DNA from: a virus
Strand: one strand, 5' to 3'
Length of the DNA: 64,000 bases
IMG/VR virus record: IMGVR_UViG_3300037464_000007
Location: 5,165-69,164 of that record
Made by a program: the position numbers and the translations under genes. Below the pieces are notes generated by a model, which did not search any database, was not told the origin of the DNA, and worked only from the letters and a program-made list of their open reading frames with translations. This document shows positions 9,503 through 17,917 of the stretch, piece by piece (the first letter of the stretch is position 1; each line of letters begins with the position of its first letter).

Positions 9503-12500
9503 CTAGATAACTTGCTCTGCTGCATTTAATGCGTCATGTAAAGCAGATAAGTGATCTAATAGACCCTGACTGACATTACTCTTCCAATCTGGATAAGCTA
9601 GATTTAACTTGGAATACAAACCTTTCTGTCCGGTTGTTGGGTCGTCATTTAGTGACATTGCTAACCAGGATTTAACGCTTCCTTTTCTAGCTTCTTCTAA
9701 CAGCTCCCTCCCTTTTAGCTCTAAATTTTCATCTTTTGATTTGAGGTAATATTCAGCGGTTTCAAGTTTCGATTGTTGACCTTTATACAAGATATCAATC
9801 AACTGAATCTTAATCCGATAAGCCCAAAGTTCGATTCTGTTAGGTAAGATATCCCAAGGAGTTAATAAAACACCGTTAGAACATCGGAATCCTATAGGCA
9901 ATTCCGTTAGTAGATAGAACTGATTGATTACAGAATCCCAAACAATAGTAGATATCTCAGGTTTGTGGGTTACTAAACCATGAATCCCTATCATTAATCT
10001 ACCAGGGTCGTGTTTTTTAACTAATTCCCCGCCTAACTCAATCTTATCCTCCTTTTCCTTATTCCATTTCTTCCAATTATTAGTCATTACCTCCAATAGT
10101 TTAGTGGCATCGTGCTTGTCATAAATCTCTAAAGTATGCAAGTTGACGAATTTACCTTTATCTACCTCACTTTCTTTACAAAACGGAGTACAAAACTGCA
10201 TGAAAGTCTTAGCAATACTTCCATAACCTCGACTTTTCTCACCAAAACCTAAGATATCGCGAGCAGGTGTCTTGGTAGCTATTTTTTCACTATCAATGAA
10301 CCTTTGAGCGTTGTTATTGATGAATTTTTGAGTTATTCTCTCAATCTGAGCTTGTGCGTTTTGGATTAGATGAAAATCTGCTATCGAACACTTCAAAATA
10401 TTCGCAAACTCACCGTTTCCAACCCAAATAACTGTGGAATTGAACTTTACAGCGACTTTTCCACTGATTTTGTCATCTTTTACAGGTTTAAAGATAGCTA
10501 ATTGCTGTCTAGTTTGAAGTTTTCCATCATAGTAGATAGAGATTATGCACTCATCTTTGTCTTGGATGACTAAATGAGCTTGTTTGTAAGGAAAATTGTC
10601 CATCAAATATTGTTTAATCTCAGAATATGAAGGTACTTTCTCCCCAAAAACTCTTTGTAGATTGCCAGGAACTCTTTTTAACCATTGAATTGCTGTTGGA
10701 ACCTCTGACCCCCGAGTATCTTTCTCATCACCTAACACTGTTAAACGATAAGAAGGTAGATTTCTTTCTAATTCCTGAACTAAAGAGACATAACCGAGCT
10801 TGTGCAACCGATAATAGTTGTCGGAATAAGAAGATTTCTCTCGAATCTTTTCTTTTTTGAGGTAAGATTCAATGATTTTAGTAGAATCTAGCACCTCTTG
10901 CCTTGATGGTAATGAATTAGAAAGAACTAAAGAAAGTAGATTCTCAAGTAAAGTGAGTTGATCATTCTCCAACTTAATAGAAGTCACAATCAGAGCTAAC
11001 TGTTTCTGCAAATACTCTATTTCTTTCCTAATGTGACTTACTAAATCTGTCTTATTTAGCTTGTCACTTAAGTAAACCGATAGATGGTATGGTGGAACTC
11101 TTAAAGGTAGTGCTATTAAGTCCCATTTAGTACCATCAGGTTCTAGAGTTAGTAACATTGGAGTTTTTCCTATTACTGCTCTCAACTCAAATGAACCAGG
11201 AGCAGACTTAGAACCATCTAATTTAATAGGCTTGGGAATCTTTCTTTCTGTCTGAATGTGAGCTTTTGGAGACTTGATGGCGAGATTAGGATGAGTAAAT
11301 CCCTCAAATGTAATAGGAGACTCAACAAGCCTTTCTTCTCTTTTTAAGTTACCTTTGTCATCTAGCTTGTATTTAGATAAATCAACAGATAGATTGTGCA
11401 ATTCTGCCTGTTTAATTGCAAAGAACACTTCTTCTGTCTCTTTTCTTGATACTGGTTGGTCTGTATTGTCAAAAATCCGATAGCCTTTCTCAGTTTCCCA
11501 AAGATTACCAGTAGAGGGTTCTAACTGTTCAAGAATTATCTTTTGGATACTCAAGTCAGGGAATGTTTCTACTCCATCTGCTACTATCGGTTTCTTAATC
11601 CCGTGCTTATCCCTCAGAGTTACTTCTTCTTTGTTCTTCTCATCAAAATCTGGGTAGTAAAGCAGAACATTCTCAGTAAACCAAGCAATATTCTGATGTG
11701 TTTGTATCCACGTATTATCTACCTTCTTAAGGAAAGTCTGAGTTAGATAGATGTTGCCTTCCTCATCTTTGGTCTTAATAGGTGAGATGTGAAATAAACT
11801 GCCTAACACTGGAATAGCTTCTTTACCTGAACGCTGAATAACTGCATTAGTTTGATTGCGGATTTCAGCTACTCTTTCGCTCTTATCCTCTCTACTTCTT
11901 AACTGAGTGATAGTTTCTTTGGTTACTCGGACAGAATCTTTGTATCTGTCTCCTTTCAAAATGCTATTTCGGACATTAGAGTAGAACTTAAAGTCTTTTG
12001 GCTCCTCAATTATTTGGAGATGTTCGAGTAGTTCAGGGGATGTTGGCGTGACTTTCTTTCCTAGTTGTGCGGATAGCTTTTGACAGATAGGCTTTACATG
12101 ATTGAGAAATACACTCTCAAATGTCTCCTCTTTATCTCTCTTTCCTGTTTGTAGATACCACTCTAAAGCAGGATAAAGGTACAAGACCAAACTATTGTGC
12201 TTCTTCTTCTTAAGTGACTCTATGAATGATTTCTTCTGATTAGTAGCTAACAACCAAGCATTTAATAAGGGTAGAAGGTCATCTGCTTTTAATCCAATCT
12301 CCTTTTTGATTAGCTTGTTTTCAGTATCTCTTAAAGCAACTAACACTCTCATTTGAGGATTGATAGATATATCCCTTACTTCCCCAGCTACTTCTGCTTC
12401 TTGCTCTACTTGTTCGATAACTTCATCAGATAGCACCACATCATCTTCTTTAGTAGTAGAACCTGTACTAATGTCTTCTACTAAAGGCAAAGATTCTGTT

Positions 12501-12967
12501 TGAGTAGTATTGATTACTACTTCTTTCTGAACTACTGTACTGCTACCCTCTTTATCTTCTGATGTTGTGCTGACCTCTGTTACTTGTTCTGCTATTTCTA
12601 GCACTTCTTGAGAGATGTTAGGTACTTGTGGTTTGACTACCATTACTTGTCTGTCTATATCCCATGTGTTATTTGCAGGATAGAAATGTAGGACAGATGA
12701 AGTAGAGATAGAGAAGTCATAGGCAGAATCAAACTCTTTGCAGATAGATTGAAGAACTTTTGCCTTAACATCATTTACTAACTCAGGAGTACCGTTACTT
12801 ACCTTATACACCACTTCAATAGGAGAAGTAGGAGTATCACTTAATAGAATGTTAAACTTGACGTATTCTACTTGTTCGGGATAAGTAGATAAATCAATCA
12901 GAGTTAGCAGATTTAATGAACAAAGTGCTTTAGTTTTAATTTGAGCAGTTGTTAGTTGAGTAGTCAT
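9503..12967 (-). CDS. large hypothetical early protein (1154 aa)
   Basis: Long intact ORF, TAAGGAG RBS, no recognisable catalytic motif. Confidence 0.85.
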   Translation of the reverse strand: MTTQLTTAQIKTKALCSLNLLTLIDLSTYPEQVEYVKFNILLSDTPTSPIEVVYKVSNGTPELVNDVKAKVLQSICKEFDSAYDFSISTSSVLHFYPANNTWDIDRQVMVVKPQVPNISQEVLEIAEQVTEVSTTSEDKEGSSTVVQKEVVINTTQTESLPLVEDISTGSTTKEDDVVLSDEVIEQVEQEAEVAGEVRDISINPQMRVLVALRDTENKLIKKEIGLKADDLLPLLNAWLLATNQKKSFIESLKKKKHNSLVLYLYPALEWYLQTGKRDKEETFESVFLNHVKPICQKLSAQLGKKVTPTSPELLEHLQIIEEPKDFKFYSNVRNSILKGDRYKDSVRVTKETITQLRSREDKSERVAEIRNQTNAVIQRSGKEAIPVLGSLFHISPIKTKDEEGNIYLTQTFLKKVDNTWIQTHQNIAWFTENVLLYYPDFDEKNKEEVTLRDKHGIKKPIVADGVETFPDLSIQKIILEQLEPSTGNLWETEKGYRIFDNTDQPVSRKETEEVFFAIKQAELHNLSVDLSKYKLDDKGNLKREERLVESPITFEGFTHPNLAIKSPKAHIQTERKIPKPIKLDGSKSAPGSFELRAVIGKTPMLLTLEPDGTKWDLIALPLRVPPYHLSVYLSDKLNKTDLVSHIRKEIEYLQKQLALIVTSIKLENDQLTLLENLLSLVLSNSLPSRQEVLDSTKIIESYLKKEKIREKSSYSDNYYRLHKLGYVSLVQELERNLPSYRLTVLGDEKDTRGSEVPTAIQWLKRVPGNLQRVFGEKVPSYSEIKQYLMDNFPYKQAHLVIQDKDECIISIYYDGKLQTRQQLAIFKPVKDDKISGKVAVKFNSTVIWVGNGEFANILKCSIADFHLIQNAQAQIERITQKFINNNAQRFIDSEKIATKTPARDILGFGEKSRGYGSIAKTFMQFCTPFCKESEVDKGKFVNLHTLEIYDKHDATKLLEVMTNNWKKWNKEKEDKIELGGELVKKHDPGRLMIGIHGLVTHKPEISTIVWDSVINQFYLLTELPIGFRCSNGVLLTPWDILPNRIELWAYRIKIQLIDILYKGQQSKLETAEYYLKSKDENLELKGRELLEEARKGSVKSWLAMSLNDDPTTGQKGLYSKLNLAYPDWKSNVSQGLLDHLSALHDALNAAEQVI

Positions 12968-13000
12968 GGTAAGTCTCCTTAAGTTAGTTAGATGGACAAA

Positions 13001-13055
13001 GACTATCTAAGGCATTACACCTTAGTAGCAGGCTTTATGAATTTACCTAGTAGTC
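13001..13055 (-). ncRNA. tRNA-like element TLE1 (anticodon-less)
   Basis: GACTA..[AGGT-AAATTCATAAA-GCCT]..CTAAGG-TGTAATG-CCTTAG-A-TAGTC. Confidence 0.6.
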
Positions 13056-13061
13056 AGTAAA

Positions 13062-13457
13062 CTATTTCTTGAACCCAAAACCTAATCTCCTAACTTTAGC
13101 CATCATAAGTTTTAGAGGAAGAGCATCGCTAGAGTGGTCATGGTGAACATCATAAAAGATTCTCTCGCAATCTCTTACCAGTCTTTCACACACAGGAATA
13201 TAATCTTTTTCTTCCAACTGATCTAAGAGTTCCGAAAACCTTATATAACCTGTCTCACAACACTCCTCTCCATTCTCGTTTAGGTAATCTCTGATAGACC
13301 ACTCAACTAATACTTGGTTTTTTGAGTTGATACTAAATGATTCCCAAGCTTCACAGAGATAGTTACGAACTACCTTGTCACTTAGTATTTTTTGAGCAAT
13401 TAAGTCTGTGAGTGTTTTGACATCTGATAGTTTGATTGTGCAATCAATAACAGCCAT
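13062..13457 (-). CDS. hypothetical protein
   Basis: 131 aa, AAGGAG RBS. Confidence 0.75.
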   Translation of the reverse strand: MAVIDCTIKLSDVKTLTDLIAQKILSDKVVRNYLCEAWESFSINSKNQVLVEWSIRDYLNENGEECCETGYIRFSELLDQLEEKDYIPVCERLVRDCERIFYDVHHDHSSDALPLKLMMAKVRRLGFGFKK

Positions 13458-13517
13458 GTGAATTCTCCTTTGTTTTGTGTGAACCTCTACCTAGTTTTGA
13501 CGATATAAGGTAGAAAT

Positions 13518-13548
13518 ACTTCTGTACAGCAACGAACTATACAGAAGT
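13518..13548 (-). ncRNA. tRNA minihelix-like hairpin TLE2 (12 bp stem, 7 nt loop)
   Basis: ACTTCTGTATAG-TTCGTTG-CTGTACAGAAGT. Confidence 0.6.
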
Positions 13549-13555
13549 GTTAAAA

Positions 13556-13771
13556 CTAAAATCCTTGGTCTTCTGAGTCTAACCAAACACCTCCGACAAA
13601 TAACAGCACATATCTTGCACACTTGTTTAAATATGCTTGGTACTCCCTTGACCTAAAGACTCCTACATTAGATAAACCTACATAAGGGTAGATTCTTTGA
13701 GGTTTAGTACCTTTAGCTTTAACTGCTGCTCTCGCATTACTAAACAATACTTTCCAAAGCTGTCTATTCAT
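13556..13771 (-). CDS. hypothetical basic protein
   Basis: 71 aa ORF overlapping the upstream stop. Confidence 0.6.
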   Translation of the reverse strand: MNRQLWKVLFSNARAAVKAKGTKPQRIYPYVGLSNVGVFRSREYQAYLNKCARYVLLFVGGVWLDSEDQGF

Positions 13772-14156
13772 TTTTAGCTCTTGTAATTACCTTGCCATTA
13801 GAAGGAGGAAAACAATCGTAGTCCTTATCTTCTTCCAAAGTCTTTAACCATTCTTGAAATTGTTCGTATCTTTCAACAGCTAATCTTGAGCCAGTAAAGA
13901 ATCTTAAATTGTACTTTCCAGCTAAGAACAGTGACGGAACTTTTACATGAGGTTGAAATAGATATCTTTCTCGATACCTACAAAACCCAAATTCTAGTTC
14001 GTAATTAATCAGAGTTGCACCTTTCCTTAACTCTTGACTAATCCAAGTTTCTTGTTCAGAAGTAGCTAGCTCTATAACACCAATGCTTTCGAGTAATTTC
14101 TTTAACACTTGATTAGTAGCTCTATGAATACAGTTAGAGCTAGATTCAGGAGTCAT
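13764..14156 (-). CDS. hypothetical protein (start moved to ATG 14156)
   Basis: The ORF-track GTG at 14210 lies in the T-arm of TLE3; in-frame ATG gives MTPESS. Confidence 0.6.
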   Translation of the reverse strand: MTPESSSNCIHRATNQVLKKLLESIGVIELATSEQETWISQELRKGATLINYELEFGFCRYRERYLFQPHVKVPSLFLAGKYNLRFFTGSRLAVERYEQFQEWLKTLEEDKDYDCFPPSNGKVITRAKNE

Positions 14157-14190
14157 TGTCGTTAAAAATCCCAAGTATACAAATGGGAAG

Positions 14191-14246
14191 ACACCCTTTA
14201 GGACTTGCACCTAATAACTCATAAGAGCTAGCTAATTATAGGGTGT
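14191..14246 (-). ncRNA. tRNA-like element TLE3
   Basis: ACACCCT-ATAATTAGCTA-[GCTC-TTAT-GAGT]-TA-TTAGG-TGCAAGT-CCTAA-AGGGTGT. Confidence 0.75.
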
Positions 14247-14264
14247 GGTGAGAGTTAACTGAAT

Positions 14265-14486
14265 CTAATTTACAGTTTTTAATCTTGCTGACTCATATCT
14301 TGTAAAAGCATCGGCTCTAGATATGGTCTTAGCTCCCTCTAACAAATCTTGTGGAAAGTTTTTACAGATTTGAAGTAGAGACTCTCTAGTAATACTGCTA
14401 GATTTGTAACCGTTTAAACAGACACTACTTACTAACCCTTTTTCATAGGCTAAATAGTAAGCATTTATTAATTGGGATGTATTCAT
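14265..14486 (-). CDS. hypothetical protein
   Basis: 73 aa, GAGGA RBS. Confidence 0.65.
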   Translation of the reverse strand: MNTSQLINAYYLAYEKGLVSSVCLNGYKSSSITRESLLQICKNFPQDLLEGAKTISRADAFTRYESARLKTVN

Positions 14487-14531
14487 TTGTTTTTCCTCAG
14501 TAATTGATGTTGATAAGTAAAAGTTAGCCTA

Positions 14532-14900
14532 TTAAGCTATTGATTGCAATCTCTTTAACTTGTATTGCTTATAAGCTCTCTTCCTCATTGTTAGTTCTAT
14601 CTCCTTACTTACTGACTTTCTATTTCTTAGAAACCAGGAATAGTAATCTTCTAATATCCCGAGATGGTCGTAAATAGACAACGTATCGCAAAATAAAGAG
14701 TGATTACTACTTAGGTAAAAAGCTTTGTTAGGTTTACTGTAATGAAGTCTAGCACCAGTATCTAAAATCACACAGCAATACTTACCTTTATCCGGGTCTT
14801 TCAATCTCTCTAGCTGATACTTTAATTCAGAAGGAGATATATTTGTTAGTTGAGAACGGTCTATTATGATGATTGCAGCTTGTTCTTCAGTTAAAAACAT
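14532..14900 (-). CDS. hypothetical protein
   Basis: 122 aa, GAGG RBS. Confidence 0.7.
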   Translation of the reverse strand: MFLTEEQAAIIIIDRSQLTNISPSELKYQLERLKDPDKGKYCCVILDTGARLHYSKPNKAFYLSSNHSLFCDTLSIYDHLGILEDYYSWFLRNRKSVSKEIELTMRKRAYKQYKLKRLQSIA

Positions 14901-14935
14901 TTTGACCTCATTACCAGGAGTAGATTACCTGGGAG

Positions 14936-14992
14936 AGTCTAGCTAGGAATCCAACCTAGTAACTGAGAAGTTGTTAGCATTAACTCTAGACT
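14936..14992 (-). ncRNA. tRNA-like element TLE4
   Basis: AGTCTAG-A-[GTTA-ATGC-TAAC]-[AACT-TCTC-AGTT]-A-CTAGG-TTGGATT-CCTAG-CTAGACT. Confidence 0.75.
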
Positions 14993-15181
14993 TGTTGATT
15001 ACCTTCTATTGACGTGAATCTTTTTGTTCTTAGCCACTATCTTTCTACTTTTAACTAACTCATAGAAAACAGTAGGTAGATAGTTATGTTCTCTGCAATA
15101 GGACTTAACTGCTTTTATATCTAACCTTAAACTTCTGGCAGCTAAACCAAGATACCAATCACTCTCATTTTTCATTATTTT

Positions 15182-15748
15182 CTAACTCGCACTTCTGTTT
15201 GAGAGTAGATAAGTTGGTATTTGGTAAGTAGTGACGTTATCAGGTTCTGTCTCTTCTTCCTCATCATCTTCTACTAACTCGGGATGAGCTTCTGCAATCT
15301 TGTCTAAAATTTGAGTTGCTATGTCATAAGGTTGCTCTAGAGTAGTTTTCAATCGAGGCATCTCAGAAAACCCAAAGTCTTTGTAATCATAATCATCCCA
15401 GAAGCTAACCCCGTGTTCAAAACATCTCAACACTTCAGAATAGGCTTTGTCTTCATCAGTGTCTAACATATCGACAAATAAGTCAGCGCCGATGTTGTTA
15501 ATTATGTTCTCAACTAAGGGATGTAAAGCTTGGTATTCAGCAGATAAGTCTAAATCTTCCTTAGCAGTTTTGTAGTTCTCAACTATATCCTCGCCTGGTT
15601 GGATGAGTAAAGGACATAAGTGCGAGTAACCTTCATCTGATTCTACTAATGTAGATATGGTGTCAGCTAGGATTAAGTCGAGTATTTCCTTAACTGTATA
15701 CGGACTTTCGGACATTAGTTCTTGTGCTGTTACTGTTTGAGTAGTCAT
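15182..15748 (-). CDS. hypothetical acidic protein
   Basis: 188 aa, AAAGGAG RBS. Confidence 0.8.
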   Translation of the reverse strand: MTTQTVTAQELMSESPYTVKEILDLILADTISTLVESDEGYSHLCPLLIQPGEDIVENYKTAKEDLDLSAEYQALHPLVENIINNIGADLFVDMLDTDEDKAYSEVLRCFEHGVSFWDDYDYKDFGFSEMPRLKTTLEQPYDIATQILDKIAEAHPELVEDDEEEETEPDNVTTYQIPTYLLSNRSAS

Positions 15749-15811
15749 GTTGTCTCCTTTGATGTTAAATCAAACTTGTGAGATAAACGTTACCCGTTGT
15801 TGAGTAACTAG

Positions 15812-15868
15812 ACCTCTACTAGGGATCGAACCTAGACTAATGTTACTTAGTATCCAATTTTTAGAGGT
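15812..15868 (-). ncRNA. tRNA-like element TLE5
   Basis: ACCTCTA-AAAATTGGAT-[ACTAA-GTAACA-TTAGT]-CTAGG-TTCGATC-CCTAG-TAGAGGT. Confidence 0.8.
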
Positions 15869-15889
15869 GATGAGAATGAGTTAAGAGAA

Positions 15890-16258
15890 TTACTTATCAA
15901 AACTCCATCTATCGAACTCACTTTTTATCTGAGCTTTCAACTCCTCTAGATTAGTAGAGGAGTAAGACCTTTTAGGATACTTACTTGGTTTCTGTCCTTT
16001 CCCTTCTTGATACTCACTAGAAACATCTAGCTTAACTCTGTGCGAATCCTCTTGAAATATATACAGAATCTTTTTTCTATTGATGTCGCGGTTAAACAAC
16101 TTGATTTTAATTACCTCTATCCATTTGCTCAAATCTTCTTCCACTGTTACGGATAGAATAATTTTAGAGTCAGTTTTAAACTCAGTAGATAATGCTTTGA
16201 TTTCTGAGAGTGTTGGTCTTGAAAAATGGTAAACAGTTTTAGCAGTTAGACCTTGCAT
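15890..16258 (-). CDS. hypothetical protein
   Basis: 122 aa, AAGGAG RBS. Confidence 0.75.
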   Translation of the reverse strand: MQGLTAKTVYHFSRPTLSEIKALSTEFKTDSKIILSVTVEEDLSKWIEVIKIKLFNRDINRKKILYIFQEDSHRVKLDVSSEYQEGKGQKPSKYPKRSYSSTNLEELKAQIKSEFDRWSFDK

Positions 16259-16307
16259 GATGGACTCCTTTGTAATTAGCAGATTACCTAGAATAAACTA
16301 AGTAAAA

Positions 16308-16372
16308 GCTCAGCTAGGAATCGAACCTAGATAGATACTTCCGTAAGGAAAATAGTTACCTCTAACCTGAGC
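16308..16372 (-). ncRNA. tRNA-like element TLE6
   Basis: GCTCAG-[GTTA-GAGG-TAAC]-TATT-[TTCC-TTAC-GGAA]-GTATCTAT-CTAGG-TTCGATT-CCTAG-CTGAGC. Confidence 0.8.
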
Positions 16373-16383
16373 AAATAGATTAA

Positions 16384-16716
16384 TTAAAACGTTTCTTTCA
16401 TGTACTGTTGTATTGCTAAAGAATCGCAAATCTTTAAGCTTACATCCCAGTTACCAGCTAAACAATAGCTTTCACCTAATCCTAAAAACTTAGATTGATT
16501 GTCCACGATTATATCAAGGTAGACTTTCTGAGTATCTAGGTAAACTTCTAATCGGTAAACTCTGTAACTTACTCCCCAGTCTGTGAGATAACTGATATTA
16601 CTAACAATCAGACAATCTCCCAACTCATACGGGTAATTTCTAACTTCTTGCTTAACCTGTTTACCAATTGGGTTTGATGGTAATCCAAGTAGATGATTGT
16701 ACATTTGAGTAGACAT
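16384..16716 (-). CDS. hypothetical protein
   Basis: 110 aa ORF in operon. Confidence 0.65.
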   Translation of the reverse strand: MSTQMYNHLLGLPSNPIGKQVKQEVRNYPYELGDCLIVSNISYLTDWGVSYRVYRLEVYLDTQKVYLDIIVDNQSKFLGLGESYCLAGNWDVSLKICDSLAIQQYMKETF

Positions 16717-16773
16717 TTGACCAAATAACCTAGTGAATACAGACTTGCTTTAGTACAAATCATTCTAGGTGAA

Positions 16774-16828
16774 AGCTCAGTTAGGAATTCCACCTAACAT
16801 CAGGGGTATTTTTACGAACCTGTGAGCT
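16774..16828 (-). ncRNA. tRNA-like element TLE7
   Basis: AGCTCA-[CAGG-TTCGTAAAAATACC-CCTG]-AT-GTTAGG-TGGAATT-CCTAAC-TGAGCT. Confidence 0.7.
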
Positions 16829-16837
16829 AATGAATTC

Positions 16838-17254
16838 TTATTTCTTACCACCTAAGACAGCATCATAAGGTCGTGGTTGAGATTGACCTCCGAGAACTAC
16901 TGCATATTTGAGAGATTCTTTTAGCTTGTCTTCTTCAGTGATAATTGAAAGAATCTTATTACCTCTCCACTCTTCCTCCCCAATATACCATTGACCTTTT
17001 TTACAGTAGATAGTAGGCAGACTAAAATGATTGAGTAAACAATTTAGCCTTGATTTAGTTGTCTTTGTTTGGTAGCCACAATCTGAAAGAGTGAGAGTGT
17101 TGTCTATAGTATCGAGAATCGCTATTTTGTGACCATGTAAGTGAACGTGAACGCAACCCGACCCACTACCAGAATAAACTAGAGTATTGTCGTTAGAGTA
17201 ATCTTTTCTTGCTTTTATAGCCTCAATCATTTCTTGTTCAATCTTACGCATCAT
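16838..17254 (-). CDS. hypothetical phage early protein (start moved to MMRKIEQEM)
   Basis: In-frame ATG at 17254; contains VHLHGHKIA..LSDCGYQTKTTKSRLN. Confidence 0.7.
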   Translation of the reverse strand: MMRKIEQEMIEAIKARKDYSNDNTLVYSGSGSGCVHVHLHGHKIAILDTIDNTLTLSDCGYQTKTTKSRLNCLLNHFSLPTIYCKKGQWYIGEEEWRGNKILSIITEEDKLKESLKYAVVLGGQSQPRPYDAVLGGKK

Positions 17255-17305
17255 CTTAATTACCCGGTGAAAATGACTTGCTGAATTACAAATCAATTCC
17301 GGTAG

Positions 17306-17352
17306 ACTTACTAGAGGGATCGAACCTCTGAGAGCTAACCATAGCAGTAAGT
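17306..17352 (-). ncRNA. tRNA-like element TLE8 (acceptor + D-arm + T-arm only)
   Basis: ACTTACT-[GCTA-TGGT-TAGC]-TCTC-AGAGG-TTCGATC-CCTCT-AGTAAGT. Confidence 0.8.
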
Positions 17353-17437
17353 AGTGGAATAAACTTAAACCTTATCAAACAAGTTAAGCAACTCTGTAAT
17401 CAAAGGTGTACTGTTGAAATCTTTGAGATGTGGGTAT

Positions 17438-17872
17438 TTAGTCAACTGCTTTGAATCCAATTTCCCCGTATTGTTGCTCTAAATCAATCCAGCTATTTTC
17501 GCTTATAAACAGCTTAGGATAACCTTTAGAGAATAATGGACTGTTGATGTGAATAGTGTGTATTGTTCCGTCAGATGTCTTTTCTACTTGTCTAAACTGT
17601 GAAACCTTCAACCTTCTATTAATGTGGGATTGTAGAGTCTCGAAACTATCAGCGGTTAGATAAGTGTAGCTTGTAGATTCATAAGGACTTGTAACCTTTA
17701 CTATTACCGCACCTTGAGCTTTTAACTCTGTGGCTAACTGTTCAATCTTTTCTATAGATACTGGTAAATGACCGTTACTAGGGTCATGACAGTAAATAGA
17801 ATAGCGATTGTCAAACTGATGTAGGTAAAGAGAATCAATTACGGGCATAGAGGTACTTGTTTGAGTAATCAT
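17438..17872 (-). CDS. hypothetical protein, probable first early gene
   Basis: 144 aa, AAAGGAG RBS. Confidence 0.75.
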   Translation of the reverse strand: MITQTSTSMPVIDSLYLHQFDNRYSIYCHDPSNGHLPVSIEKIEQLATELKAQGAVIVKVTSPYESTSYTYLTADSFETLQSHINRRLKVSQFRQVEKTSDGTIHTIHINSPLFSKGYPKLFISENSWIDLEQQYGEIGFKAVD

Positions 17873-17917
17873 TATGTTGTCTCCTTTGATATAACCCGGA
17901 ATAAAGCCACCGGGAAA

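Noticed and set aside
10627-11746. Plus-strand ORFs 10627..10860 and 11543..11746
   Set aside because: Short shadow ORFs antisense to the 1154-aa gene, no RBS.
9503-12967. Phage RNA polymerase
   Set aside because: No DxDGD/NADFDGD or T7-type motifs visible.
16608-16793. ORF 16608..16793 (-)
   Set aside because: Starts inside TLE7, overlaps 16384..16716 out of frame, no RBS.
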